Part shown: piece after piece, positions 12,342-26,000 of the stretch | Position numbering within the stretch: position 1 is the stretch's first letter | Layout of the letters: each line of letters begins with the position of its first letter | Source: Protoeuglena noctilucae | Taxonomy: Eukaryota | DNA length: 64,000 nt | Reading direction: 5' to 3' | NCBI GenBank assembly: GCA_958009085.1 | Contig: OY253671.1 | Coordinates: forward strand, 620,001 to 684,000 | The notes under the pieces: model-generated | Told to the model about the DNA's origin: nothing | The model's database searches: none | Seen by the model: the letters and a program-made list of their open reading frames with translations, nothing else | Position numbers and translations under genes: made by a program

Positions 12342-13774
12342 CTTCGCCGAGGCCGCAGCGGCCGCAGCGGCCTCGCCATCCCTGCGGGGCGAGGGCACGG
12401 GGGGCGTGCTCGCTCACCCAGGGCCCAGAGGCGACGCTGGCAGTTTCCTGATACTTAACATCAGTCGGACACTTGCGATATCGGCACTCCGGGGTCCACA
12501 TTCGGCACCCTAGCGGTGCGCCCAGGGTCCAGCATGTGTGTCCTTTGTGCAGCCATGGGGGGAACCGGGTGGGGCCGCACGACCCCCCCGAGCGGTACTG
12601 ATGGTAATTGGGGCCACATCGGAGCTTCGCTGGCAACGAAGACGACGCGGGACCCAGGAACAAGCTGGCAGGTCCGCGTGCCTCTCACTTCGACTGTCCC
12701 GCTCCCATCTCGCACCCAATAGCTAGAGATACATGCACTGAAGCTACGTCTTCCCGCCACTGCCCGATAGACGCGGAGGGACGCAAATGGCCGCCCAGCG
12801 AGCACCCCGCGTGCTGGGAGGCGAGCGTCGGGCGGCGCAGCGAGCGCAGTTGTGCATAACTGAAGCAGCGGAGGACGGCTGGGCGCGAACCACCGTGACA
12901 GGCAAGAGACTGGCGCCAGACGTGCCAGACCGTTGAGCGGCGCCGGGTTACCCCAGGCCCTCAGGAGGCGTCCCGGCCTACCTTCCTGGCAAAAGTCCGC
13001 ATACTCCTGTCCTCAGATACCCAACCTGTACTTTTCCCTGTCGACGCTGCGTTCGCTCGAGGTGAGGGACCACTGCAGGCACTTTCTGGGGCCCCTCGGC
13101 GGACGGATCGTCCTTTCCGATAGCGCCCGTGAGGCCGGCGGTCGATTTCCCCCTTCGAGCCGCCCCAACGACGCGACTCGCGTGCCCCCGGCCTGGCAGA
13201 GATTCGCGGCCTCGCCCGCCCCTCCCCCGGCTTCCGCGACGGGCGATGGGGCTCGAGCGCCACGCCTCGGGGGAGTGCGCCGCTACTGGACGGCCGGATC
13301 TCCCGGGGCGCCGGTCGTTGCTTTGGACCCCCCAGCTGCACCAGGGCTTGGAGACATCTCCGGGCCTGTGGGGCCTGCCTTCTTTCCTCCGTTTGCCGCG
13401 TCCACGGAACCCCCCTCCGCGCTGACCCCGGCAGCCCGCGCAACGGGCGACCGTGACCACACTTCGAGGGCGCGCCCTCCTCCCTCGCGGTCGCCTGGGC
13501 CCGCCGCTCGAGCATCCCAGACGTATCGAAATCGAATTTCACGATTGTCCAGCCCCACCGCGGGCCGAGATCGCCGCTACTTCGCCCGCAGCGTCAACTC
13601 GCAAGGCGGGGAAGATCTGGCCGCTAGCGCCGTCCCCGACCCGCGCCCTGCCCCTGCGTTTCGGCGCTGGCCTGCTCGCATACGCACGGTCTAAAGCTTG
13701 GGCTGGCGCGAGCGCCGGACAGCGTGCCGCGACGGCTCCACCCAGCGTGCCTGCCCACCGCCTCCTGCGCGCAG

Positions 13775-14468
13775 ATGGCTCTCTCCGTCGCGTCTCTCCG
13801 CGCCGCGGCCCCCGCCGGCCTGCGTACCGGGCTGACTGCCCGCCGCCAGGCCCCCTCCCGCCTCGTCGCCCGCGCCGACAAGAAGGCCACCAGCACGAGC
13901 ACGAGCTCGGCCTCGCCCTCGCTCCCGGCCGTCGACATCGACACGGACAAGATCATCAAGGACCTGTCCGAGGTGCGCGGGGGCCTTTAAGCCACGCAAT
14001 TGGCTGACGCGCCCGTCGATCCGGCCTTGAGGCAGTTAGCGTTGCTACGCCACCGCAGAAGTGGGACAAGGTGGAGGACAAGACGTCCGTGATCGTCTAC
14101 GGGTCGGGCGCGGTGGCGCTCCTGTGGATCTCGTCCACCGTCGTCGGGGCCATCAACGGCATCCCGCTCATCCCCAAGTTCCTCGAGCTCGTGGGCCTGG
14201 GCTACACGGCGTGGTTCACGTACCGCTACCTCCTCTTCAAGGTGCGGCCCGCCCGCTTTCACTCGATGAGTCTCGATAATCCCTTGTTCTCACCGCTGCG
14301 CGTTGGCCGGTCCTTTGCTGATCGCCTGTCCGCTTCGACGGGACGATCCTGGTCCCACGTGACGCAGTGGTGGACCCTGTGCCCGGCTCGCTCTGCCCGC
14401 AGTCTTCCCGGCAGGAGCTCCTGTCCGACATCGAGGACCTCAAGAAGAAGATCTCGGGCGACAACTGA
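13775..14468 (+). CDS. CURT1: CURVATURE THYLAKOID 1 (CAAD domain) thylakoid membrane protein, 3 exons
   Basis: Transit peptide, KWDKVEDKTSVIVYG, two TM helices, IPLIPKFLELVGLGYTAWFTYRYLLFK|SSRQELLSDIEDLKKKISG. Confidence 0.95.
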
Positions 14469-14555
14469 CGTCCTTGGTGTGACCGTGCACAGGCCTCTAG
14501 CATCTCACGACGATGTTGAAAGTCTGTTAGCCTCGCTCAACTGGCGCAGGCAGCT

Positions 14556-16451
14556 TCAGTTAACATGACCCGGTGCCCCGCATCCGACGCTAATGAGGAT
14601 GCACAGGTCCTCTGGCTTGAGCTTCCCGGCCCACTTGCCACTCCGGACAAGCTCGGCAAAGGACGCGTTCGGGATCATCAGCTCCAGGCAGTACATCCTG
14701 CGCAGGCGGGTGCACAAAAGCTTCAGTCTCGCACCGAATGCACAAGGCGGCATGAACACGACCCCGAAGCATGTTCCCCACCCGTCGTCCGGATCCACGT
14801 CTATCCCATGCATGGACCCGGGCCGGAAGACGACCGCGTCGCCCGCTGCGACGGGGAAGCGCCGCCCATTGCAGAACCCCTCGCCGCTCCCGGCCAGGAT
14901 GAAGAAGAGCTCGTGCGCCGTGTCGTGCACGTGGGGCGGCGTCAGGTGTCCAGGGTCGAACGCCTCTACCCCAAACGTGAAGGGCGTCCGGCTAGCCTCG
15001 TCATCCGCCAGCGGGTCGAACGCGAGGCTGAGGCGGTTGGTCTGGTTCGGGAAGTGGTACGCCTGCAAAGCCACGGGTCGCTCGGCATCACTGCAGTCAC
15101 CACCCACCCTGCACTTCCACCCTGCACTTGGCAGCCCGGCACTGCGGCCCCGCGCCGCACCTGGAGCTCTGTGAGCGTCCGCACGCGCACGTCGTGCGAG
15201 AAGTCCACCATTGGGCCTGGCGAGGGCGACCGTGGGGGCGACCTGGCCTCGCGTGACCCACCCGAGTCGCCCTTGACAGGCTCTAACGCCCCGTCCCTCC
15301 GCACCTCCGCAACCCGGCCGAGCCCGAGCCAGTCGGGGACGACGGTGAACAGCCTGCCGACCAGGGCGAGCGGCGAGTCGAAACCGAGACCTGCTGCCCG
15401 GTCGGCCTCCGCGGCCTTAGGAGCCCTGCGCAGCTGTGCGAGCCGGCCGGCCATGCGGTGCGACAGGATGCGCTCCACCGTCTCCATGGGCAGCTGGCCC
15501 ACGTGCTCGCCCTGCCGCCAGTGCCGCGCAGCTGCCCCCGCCACCTCCCGCGCCCGGTCTTCGTCGTCCTCCAGAACCTCCGGCATGAGCAGCACGAGGC
15601 TTGCCATGCCGAAGACGTCGCCCTGGAAGCTGTCCTTGCAGTCCCCCGACCGTGGCTCAGCAGCGGCCGGGGACCCCTGGGGCTCCGCCAGGGACACGAA
15701 GTGGCGTGCCGCCCCGGGAGGGATGAGCAGCGAGTCTCCCGGCCGCAGTTGCTTGATGACTTGGTTCTCCGGCCCCGAGTCGCACAGCTCTGCCGTGCCC
15801 TCCATGATGAAGTGCAGCTCATAGCACTCGTCGTGTCCGCGAGTGGGCGCGCCGCGGTTCCCACAACAACTCTCACGCCCGGGGTAACAGAGCAGCTCAA
15901 CTCCGAGCGCAAAGGGGATGCCGTCCGTGTCTGCGGGCACCACGCGAGATTCAAGGCCCGTCTCGCTCAGGGGGGCATGAGTGAGCGACAAAAACCAGCC
16001 GAGGATGTTCGTTTGGCGCTCACCCGGATCGAGGAGCGGGACAATGAACCTCCCGTTACTGACTTGGTACACGCTGGCCCCCCGCATGCGCGACGTCGCG
16101 GGTTGCTCGTCCTCCCATGCCGCAGTCCTGCACGCTGGAATCCGGACGCTATACGCGGGGCCCACGCAAACGCTCGGCATCGGCACGCGATAAAGAAGGT
16201 GTCGACGTGTCAAGGAAACGCGTCGTCTGCGCGGAACGCGGTCACGCGCACCTCGATTCCCCCCAACTGTCGTCGCGCGCGACTGCGGGCGCCATCGCGT
16301 CGCGATGACACTCCGAGACCGTGCGATACCATGCGGAAGGGCGATACAAGGCACTGGGCCGGGGTGGCGCGCATGAAAGGGCCGTCTCGGGCACTCCCCG
16401 CCCGCGCGGCCAGCATGTGAGAGCTGCGCCGCTGGACGAGGCGCCCAGCAT
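14556..16451 (-). CDS. Bicupin (two cupin domains) protein
   Basis: C-terminal cupin GHLTPPHVHDTAHELFFILAGSG...GDAVVFRPGSMHGI. N-terminal cupin GHDECYELHFIMEG...LRPGDSLLIPPGAARH. Start codon approximate. Confidence 0.85.
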
Positions 16452-16915
16452 CGGACGACGCGCCCGCCGTACGCGGCAAGGACCTAAGCCTTCCGAACTG
16501 CAATGACGCGGTGCAATTGGGCAGCAGATCGGCACGATACAGATCCTAAACCCTGATTTGCCCCCGACTCGCAAAGGGAGAGAAGGGAGGTCCCGAAAGG
16601 GAGACCGGCGGGCCGAGGTGCACGTTCAAATGCCGTTCGGCCGCTCGGCGCGCACCAGCTAGCGAGAACGTGAGGGAGCGCTGGAAACCAAGGTCATCCC
16701 CGCAAGGGCGGTCTCGGTGGCAAATGCAGTGCCTTGCCTCCCATTTTATCATACACCCTACCTGATATGCATGCTCCGGCACGTGCTTGGACCCGAGTTG
16801 TGGCAAAAATTTGTCGTGATTCGTTTTGCTGCCGCACGTTCCGGCTGAGCTGACAGAGGTGTTCTGAGGCACCCGACATCGGCGGCCCGGCCGGGCCGCC
16901 GGGGCCAGCAGCGCC

Positions 16916-19679
16916 ATGGCTCCTGAGCGTGCACCGAGGGGCTCCGGAGGTCGCCTGGGTCTCCTGGCAAAGCACGGATGGGACTTGGCCTTGCTGGTGG
17001 CGCTGTACACGATGCAGGGCATTCCCATGGGCTTGGCGCTCGGGTCTGTCCCCCTTTTGCTTCAGTCGCAGGGCGCATTTCACGGATCTGGTGAGCTTTT
17101 GCCGCGCCTCTTGCGTTCGGGTCGCCGATCTCTTTCGCCATAATCGGCTGTCCTGGCCCTCCGCGACGGCTGGCATCGGGGATAGCGCTGCTGCCCGACT
17201 TCCGGTGACTCCTCTGCGCCCAGGGTCTTTTCTCCATCGCCACGTACCCCTATACCCTCAAGCTCCTGTGGTCCCCCATTGTTGACACGCTCAGCTTTCC
17301 GGGGTTCGGCCGGCGGAAGTCCTGGATCGTCCCCGTGCAGCTCCTGGCCGCTGCGCTCCTCGTCGGCGCGGCCCCGACGGTGCAGCGACTCGGTGAGCAC
17401 CGATCGAGCGACCGCGGAGCGCGTGATTGCTCACCGCTTGCGTTTCCTCGACAGCGTCCCCCGCCCCCGCGCAGTGGACGCGGGTCACGGCTCCGTGGTG
17501 GCCCTCACCTCGCTCTTCACCGTCCTCATCTTCCTGGCGGCCACCCAAGACATCGCTGTCGACGGCTGGGCCATCGAGCTCCTCCGGGGCGGCAGCGCCG
17601 GCTTCGGCTCCACGTGCCAGACGCTGGGCATGGCGCTGGGATGGTTCCTCTCCTACACCGCCTTCCTCGCATTGAATGACCCGGAGTTCTGCAAGGCCTA
17701 CGTCAGCCTCTTCCTCTCCGAGTGCCCCGCGGTGAGTGGCCCAGCGCTGAGCAGGACCCGGCAGATGGTGGATGGCTTGTCGGCCATGTGAGCTGCGAGG
17801 GCCCGCATCGTGCCTGCAGGGCGGGATCGTTTCCATCCAGCAGTACATGGTCTACGCCGGCGCCTTGCTCGCGGCTGCCACGGTGCTCGTCGCCCTCTGG
17901 CCCGAGGAGCCTCGGGGTGCCGTGCCGGTCGAGGAGTCTAGCGGTGCCAGAGATGCAGACGGCAAGGACGCCCCCGCCACCCGGGGCCTGCGCGAGGCTT
18001 ACCAGGAGCTGTGGGAGGTCCTGCGCCTCCCGAACGTGCTGCGACTGGCCAAGCTGCTGCTCTTCTACAGGCAAGCGGCAGCGCAGGCACAGGCGCTGGC
18101 AAGGCGGGGGTGCCTGGTCGAACTCTTGCTGATGTTCAAGCTGTTGTGGGCCCGCAGGCTCCCCTTCCTGCCCACGGAGCTGGCATTCAGCCTAAAGCTG
18201 GTCGAGCGAGGCGTCAGCCGGGACTCCATCGCCTTCCTGTCGCTGTCCATGCTGCCCGTCGACCTGGGGGCCGCTGTGCTGGCAGGGAGCCTCTCGAGCC
18301 ACTACGGGCCGTCCCTGCCCTTCAGGCGAGCGACCGAGTCGGGCAGATAGAAGATGGACGGGGCTGGGCTTGCTGTCAATCGCCGGAGACCGTGAGCGGG
18401 ATCTAGACTTGCTCGCTCCGCGCCCGCAGGCTGGGCATGTGGCTGCGGTTCGCCACGGCTGCCTTCGCGGTGTCGGTCGTCTCTTTCGCGGCCAACAGCG
18501 TGAGGGGCACGTGGCTGCTCACGGCCCTCATTACCGTCAGCATGGCCGCCACGACGTGCGCCACGACGCTCATGTTCACCGCCCAAGGCACGCTGGTGAG
18601 CCCCGCAAGTCTCCGCCAGGTCAGTTTCGAACTCTTCTCAACGAACGTTCAAGAGCCATTTCCACGCAACAATGCACCTCTACCGCGCCGCAGTTCAGCA
18701 AAATCTCCGACCCCGAGATGGGCGGCGCGTACCTGACGCTCCTGAACACGATCGCCAACCTCGGCTACAGCGCCCCCAAGGTCATGATCTTCTACCTGAT
18801 GGACGTGGCGGCCGTCCGCGCCTGTGACGCAGGCTCGGGCTCGGGAGTGCTGGGCGCGGCAATGTCTGCAGTGGACCGCGTACTGGCTGCGCTGGGCTTA
18901 CAGGTGAGATCGTCGCGAGGTCTCTTGTTCATTTTCTGGCTGAGAAAAAGCATGTCTGACACAGGCTGTGGCACCTGTGCACCCTAGTGCGCAGCGTCTT
19001 ATCAGGTCTGCAACATCTATGCGCGCAGGGTTGGATGGAGACGCACCGGGCGTCCTGTCGGGAGCACGGGCTGCTGCTGGACGGCTTCTACGTGGTGTCG
19101 CTAACTTCCCTCCTCGTTGGGCTGGTCTTCGCCGGGACTCTCTCGCGTGAGTTCAACCGGGCATCCCAGCGGTCGATGTCATCCTGGCGGACCGTGAGGG
19201 CCCTGCGAGTCAGTGCGATAGCGCAGGACGGTGCGACGGGGAGCCTCGATGGCGCTGCTGGGGGTTTGGATGGGGATGGGGTCAGTGAGGGGGTCCCAAA
19301 GGACGGGGAGGACGGGGCCGGCGAGCGGGCGGGGCAGGGGCCGGAGGCGTCGGTTCGGGGAGAGGGAGCGGGCGAGGTCGCGGCGAGGGCGAACGGGGTG
19401 ACGAGGAGGGGGAGTGTCGAACACGCAGAGGCGGACCGGGTTGCCTGGCCTGCTGCTGCGAGCGGGGAGGTGGGGGGACGGGGCGGGGGTGCCGTGGTCG
19501 CTGTGAGGTCGCTGAATCGCGGGACCGCTGTTCCAGGCGCGGCGGGGGCGGACGCAGGGAGTGATTCGCACAGTGGCCAGGGCACGCCTAAGGGCCTGAC
19601 CACCCGCAAGTCGTGGGGCTGCGTGGACCGGCATCTGTCGCCCTTCGCCATCGCGCGATATCAAACGCAGGGGCGCTGA
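16916..19679 (+). CDS. SLC33A1: Acetyl-CoA transporter 1 (SLC33A1/ACATN, MFS)
   Basis: LYTMQGIPMGLALGSVP, YPYTLKLLWSPIVD, GRRKSWIVPVQ, AATQDIAVDGWA, FSKISDPEMGGAYLTLLNTIANLG, LDGFYV. Confidence 0.92.
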
Positions 19680-20258
19680 GGAGCCCCGGTCGCTAGGGTG
19701 GCAGTGCGACGATCACCGACAGGGAGGCGCTGCAGCGAAGCTAGGTGCGGCCGACATGCAGCAGAGCTAGAGCATCAGGGCTGAGGGTGTCAGCGGACAT
19801 GCCAGGCAGGCAGGGATTGCAGGCGGCAAGCTGCAGCTTGCCACGAGAGACTGGTGACCCAGGTCTAGAGCCGCATGAAATATATCTATGGGCAGAAATG
19901 ATATCGTGGGGCGGCGCGCTTTCGCTGAGGAGGCGATCGTCGGCCGGAAAAGAGAGGCTCAACCAAAGTTGGGAAACCGAAAGGCCGCAGCGGGGTCTAG
20001 AGCTACAGACATCCATGCACACACACACGCACCCAAGGCTGCGCTTCCTGGTGGCGTGGCCGCCAGAAATGGGCACATTTCGGGTGCTGCTAAGATAGAG
20101 CCAAGACCCGGCCTGCAGATGACGGGACCTCGATGGATACCCCTGGAGGAGGACACATGATACGCAAGTCAGTCAACGCGTGGCACTCATTGCTCGGAGG
20201 TCAGTCATCGCAGGTCAGGATCTGTGACTGGCAATCAGCAAATCGTTCGTCGCCTATG

Positions 20259-22739
20259 TCAGTCCCTGCAGCTCCCCTCCGTGGAGAGGGACCGCCGCCG
20301 AGGACAGCCCTGGGCCTCCAGGGACCGCCTCACAGTCTCCAGAGACCCTCTCTTGTGGATCGGGGGCTCCACGGGGGCGAAGCCTGGCATCCGAACAGCG
20401 GTGCCGAGCTCAGAGGCGCCCGGCGGCGTCCCCTCCACCGCACCGCCTGCCGTGCCCGAGGCGCTGCGAGCCCTGGCGCGCGCGTCGGTGTCCACCCGCT
20501 CCATGCGGGCCAGCTGCAGGGTGGCCTGCGCCGAGTACCTGCGTGGCGGCATCGGGCCTCCACCCGCGGGGCTCGGTGCGACGGCCGAGCTGCGCCTCGC
20601 CCTCTGCGGTTGGCCGGCACCTGCGGACACAGACACGGACATGGTTCAACCATCAGCGTGGCTTCCAACGTCGGCATGGCAGTGTCACCGGCGACTGAGG
20701 GCAGTGTCACCGGCGAGCCGCTCACCCTTCCCGAAGCCCAGCCACGTCGCCAGTTTCTGGAGCGGTGTTGGCAGCGATGGCGCCGGTGGCTTGGCGTCGT
20801 TCCGGGGAGGTGACTGGAGGGTCCCGAAACTGACATCGGGCTGGGTAGCCGCCGACTCGAGCCTGCGGAGTGCGAGGGGCAGATGAGGCTGGGCACGATG
20901 GGTGCTGTGGACTCGCTCTCTCCCACATGCAGAACAGCAAAGTCGGCTTGCCTGGAGCGGATGTCGTTGCCTGCGGATGTAGCCGTGGCCATGGCCACCG
21001 GCACCCGGCCCTGGGGTCTCGGGGTCGCCGGCGTTTCCGAGATCCGGCGAGACCGGGGTGACAGGCTTGCGGCGTGGTGTATGGGCCCCTTGCGCACGAA
21101 CTGAGTCAGGACCGCGAGATCCGGATTTCCTGGGAACTGCGGCTGGCAGGTCGCGAGCTCTGGCCTTGGGGGCCTGCCGCCTGGGACGTGCCCTGGGGCG
21201 GGGTCGAGCGGTGGAGGGTTGTGGTTAGAGCTGACAGGGCTGGCTCGCATGGGGCTGGGTAGGGCGTGCAGGCGCGCACCTGTCAGCAGATTCGACAGCA
21301 GCTGGTCCGCGCGGCCCAGGGCCTGCCACTTGAGGCCGTTGCCGATCGTGACCTTGCTGGACAGGGCCGCGAGGGCTGCGGAGCTGGCCTGTGTGGACCC
21401 CGAGGGGAGCTGGATGCTCAGGAGGCGCAAACAGTCCTCGCAGTGCGGTCGCAGCCACGGGTGGCTGATGAGGTCGAGGGCCGAGGGGCGCGCGGCGGGG
21501 TCCGACTGCAGCGCCAGATGCAGCCAGTTGCGCGCGGCGTCGCTCAGGGCGAGGTCGGGCGCGGGCCGCGCCGCCCCCTGCGCGATCGCCGCGCGGGTAA
21601 GCTCCGGCGTGTCGCGCGCGAAGGGCTGGATGCCCGTGATGCACTCGAACACGACGAGGCCCAGGGAAAAGACGTCCGTGGCGAGGCCATAGGGTTTCCG
21701 AGACCCCTCGCCCTCTTGCACGATCTCAGGCGCTGCGGGGGTCAAGGCATGAAGGAGGGGTCCTTTGGGGCAGTGGCTGCAACTGGGCTGTGTTGGATGC
21801 GACACCTCGTGCATACCAGCGCCCATCGCTGCGCGTCCCTCACCGAGGTACGGCAGAACTCCGACGCGCGCGTCGGCCCTCTCCACATTGCAGTCAACCG
21901 CCTTGGACAGGTCCGCGATGTGGAGCGCCCCATCGGAGCCGACACACACCGACTCGGGCCGCAGGTCCCGGTGCATGACCCCTGCGCCGTGCAGGACGGC
22001 CAAAGCGCAGGCCAGAGGCGCAGCCACCTCGCGGACCACGACGGCCTCCTCCGCCCTCCCGCCGCGCTCCCGCAGCCAATCCCGCATCGTCTTGGATCCG
22101 ACGTACTCGGTGCAGACGTGCACGCTCTCGCCGTCCTCCCACGCCATGTAGAAGGTGGCGATGTTGGGGCCCATGGAGCGCGCATGAATGGCGATCTCCC
22201 GCAGGACCTTGTACCGCCCGTACTCCCCCAGGCGGGATCTGGTATGGGACCGGAGCACGGCGAGGCGCCCCGACGCCCGGTGCTCCACCACGGCCACGGA
22301 GCAGGCGTCCGTGTCGTGGCCGTACAGTCGGGCGAAGTCATTGACCGAGTACAGCACCGCCCGCATGTCGGCAGGCTGCCTGGGCCCCGACACGGGGAGG
22401 TGCACGGAGAGGTACGCCTGACGCGCCGTGCCTTCGGGCCCCGTCGACGCGGCCGGCAGGGTAGGTAGCACAGTCAGCGCATTCATCCAGTCTCCCGACA
22501 CTCGGGATGTGCGGCACGGGGACGTGGCAACGCTGGTCGAGTACCGGGCCGTCGTCGGCCTGCGTCGCGCGACAGTCATTGTTGCGGCACAAGTCATGCA
22601 AAACGGTGCAACTCGCGTGCCGGCAACCCGGGAGACGCGGTGGGTGCGCACCTGGGTCCCGCTGAGATGAACGCAGAAGCAGCCCGCTGACCGTCGCTTG
22701 GGGAGCGTCCCAGCCCCAGTTCCCGACTTGCATCACCAT
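20259..22739 (-). CDS. Aurora-like Ser/Thr kinase-fold protein, probable pseudokinase
   Basis: KVLREIAIH, HRDLRPES, IADLS, GVLPYL|APEIV, DVFSLG and RPSA subdomain motifs at about 21450-22370. Both gene ends approximate. Confidence 0.8.
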
Positions 22740-23024
22740 CCTCCAGGTCCAGGGATGCAAAGAAAGGCCGTTGGACCGCGCGGGCCCCCGAAGCAGCAGT
22801 CCACATGTAACAAACTGCTCTGAATTAGCTGGCTACTCTCGCACGAGCGACATACTTAGGTCGACATCATCGTGATCATGCCGTTCCTTGGTTCCTGGGG
22901 CCCCTTCGTGCCTGCCGTCGAGTCAACGGGTTTAACTCTCAAGACTGGCACCGCCGCACGCTTTCGAAAGCTGCCCCACCAGCGAGGCAGGAAGCACTTT
23001 TCGGTACTTAGCGGCCAATGTGCG

Positions 23025-26000
23025 ATGCCGGAGACGGTGGAGGTCGAGTCGAGGACGTCTGGCAGCGTGGAACTCGTGGATGCCCGCGATGGCGAGGCCA
23101 GCAGTTCTGCGCATCTTTTCTACGGAGTGGTCCTCGATGAGATCCTTGCGGCGAGTCGACGAAGCATGCGGCCCACCGTGGAGCAAGCGCCGCTCAGCAC
23201 AACTGGCACGCTCTGCGCCGCTCCTCGGGATTGGAGCCCCGCGCGCATCTCCGACCTGCGATGGGGAGAGCATGTGCCGCGCAATGACACCGTGGGGCAC
23301 AGCGCGGCCGCTCGTGCCCACGCACGCAGGATAACGGGGCACTCGCTGTGCTGGGCCAGGGAATGGGCTCTGTCAAGATCGCGGCGCTCATCTGCGACCG
23401 TCTGACCCGCCCCGCTCGCGACCAAGCAGCTCAAGTAGCGGATGCGGAGGCGTCCTCGGGAAACGGCCCAGCGGCGCCTCCTGGGGACCATGCCTTGGGC
23501 GCAGTGTTGGTCCTGGGCGCGTACGAGTGGCAGCGCGACCTTCTGCTGGGCGAGATGGCGCGCATCGGCAGTCCACTTCAGGAAATAACCGGCGAAGTGC
23601 AGGCCACCGACCGGACCCGGCTCTACGCCTCCCCCATGGCCCTCCTTGTCACGTACCGCATCCTCGTCGTCGACCTCCTCCGCCAGGTGCGCGCGGCCGC
23701 CCCTAACGAGTCTGTTAGATACACGGCCTTTCAACGCTTTGCTGAGTTGCGGCAAAGCAGCGTTTCGGTCCACAAGCACTTCCAGGCCCGCGCAGGTGTT
23801 CGACCCTTCCAAGCTCTGCGGCGTCGTGGTCCTCAACGCCCACCGCATCGATGCAGACACAGGGGAAGGGTACTGGTGACGGCCGCTGCCACGAACTCCG
23901 CCTGCCACGCGCCGCACAGCACAACGCTCCGTCCGCAGCTGTGCTGCCCCACCCGCCCATCCCTGCTGGCACTCTTCCCACCGCCTAGTGTGCTCGAAAC
24001 GCTGACGCCACCCCAGCCCCGGCGCCCCCGCAGCGTGCGCCTCTGCCGCCAGCAGGGCTCCTACCGGGGCCCCGTGGTTGGCCTCACGGAGGACGCGGCG
24101 GCCCTCGCGTCGGGCTTCAGCAAGGCTGAGAAGGTCCTCAAAGGCCTCCACGTGCGCCGGCTCCTCGTGTGGCCGCGATTCCGAGCGGAGGTCAAGGAGA
24201 GCCTCGGGGCCAGGGCCCCCGAGGTGGTCGAGGTGCAGCAGGACCTGACCGAGTGCCAGAAAGCGGTGCAGGGAGCCATTGGGGACATCGTCGAGCGATT
24301 CCTGAAGGAGCTCCGCCGGTTCAACAAGATCGACGCCACGGAGCTGACGCTGAAGCGGTGAGCGCTCTCCACGGTCTCTGTCCACCGGTGCAGCATGCAC
24401 GGCACTCGTCGGGCCACGCGACCGGCCAACATGTGCCACTGCCGCAGGGGTCTGCTCAAATCCTTTGACGAGATTGTCCGGGGCCAGCTGAACCCCATCT
24501 GGCACACTGTGCCGCGGCGCACCAAGATGATTGTGGCCGACTTGGCCACCCTCCGCAACCTCGCCGTCGGCCTCCTTCGCTACGACTGCGTCACCTTCCT
24601 GAGGTACCTGGAGAGCCTCCGCGCCGCGGACGGCGCCGCGTCCCTCTGGCTGTTCGACGACGCGGCCTTCGCCGTCTTTGACCAAGCCAAGCGGCGCGTC
24701 TATCACCTGGCGCCCCGAAAGGCGGCGGGGGGCGGCGCAGGTGGCCAGGAGACCGCCGAGGTCATCCCGGTGCTGGAGGAGCCGCCGAAGTGGAACGCGC
24801 TGCGGGTCGTGATGGAGGAGATCCAGGCGGAGCGGGCGGTGGCGGCGGCGCAGGGAGCGGACCCCGGGGCGGTCCTGGTGGTGGCGCAGGACTGGCACGC
24901 GTGCGGGCAGCTGCGCGCGGCGCTGCGTCCCGGCGGCGGTCGCGCGCTCCTCGAGGAGCTCTTTGCGAGTTACCTTGCCAGCCACGTCCGCGCTCCCAAG
25001 GCGAAGAAGGGGCGGGCAAAGCGCGGCAGAGGCGGGGGCGGGGGCGGGGGCGGGGCGGCGGACGTGGACATTCGGGGGATGCTGATGGCGGGGGAGGTGC
25101 CGGGGGAGCGGGAGGCCCTGCTGGCGACGGCGGCGCGCTTCTCACGACAGCGAAAGGCGCGGCAGCGAGCGGACCTGGCGGGGCAGCTGGGGAAGGGGCG
25201 CAAGAGGCGCGGGGCGGCGGGAGCGGGGCAAGCCGGGGAAGACGGGGAGTCGGGAGCGGGGAGCAAGCGGCGGCGGGCAGGCGGCGACGGCGGTGGCGAG
25301 GGTGGCCCGCGTGCCCGGGTCGGCAAGAAGGCCCCCGAGCCAGCCGAGGCGTTAGCGGAGGAAGCGAGCATCGCCGGGGAGGCGGACGTGCCCGCGCCGC
25401 TCCTCGACGGTGTGACGTTCTACGCCATCGAGAGTCGCAGCTTCGACGTCCTCTGGGACATAAGCCCCTCGTACGTGGTATTCTGCGAGCCGGACCTGGC
25501 CTTCATTCGGCAGCTGGAGATCTTTTGCGCGGAGCGTACGGCCCCCCGGGCGTTGCGTGTCTACCACTTGACGCACCCCGAGGGGTCCCTGGAGGCTCAG
25601 CGGTACTTGGGGGCCGTGGAGCGGGAGAAGGGCGCCATGGAGCGGCTCATTCGGTCCAAGGAGCGGATGGTGGCGCCCGTGGACGCGAGGGGGGAGCAGA
25701 TCATCCTGGGCCAGCACTCGGTCGAGCAGGCGTATCAGGAGGGAGCGCTCGTGGAGGTCCTGGGTGCGGCGCGCGCCAACGCCGTGACGCGGCAGGCGGG
25801 CGGGCGGGGCCTCGCCGTCCCCCGGGGCGCCCCTGCGCCCAAGTACGTCGTCGTCGACACCCGGGAGTTCGTGTCGGCGCTCCCCGGGGTCCTACACCAG
25901 GCGGGTCTCGTGCCAGTGCCCGTGACGCTGGAGGTCGGCGACTACGTGCTCTCGCCCGAGATTGTCGTCGAGCGGAAGGCCCTGCCGGACCTCTTCGCCA

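Noticed and set aside
16545..16555. CCTAAACCCTG telomere/telo-box-like sequence
   Set aside because: A single imperfect copy, expected by chance.
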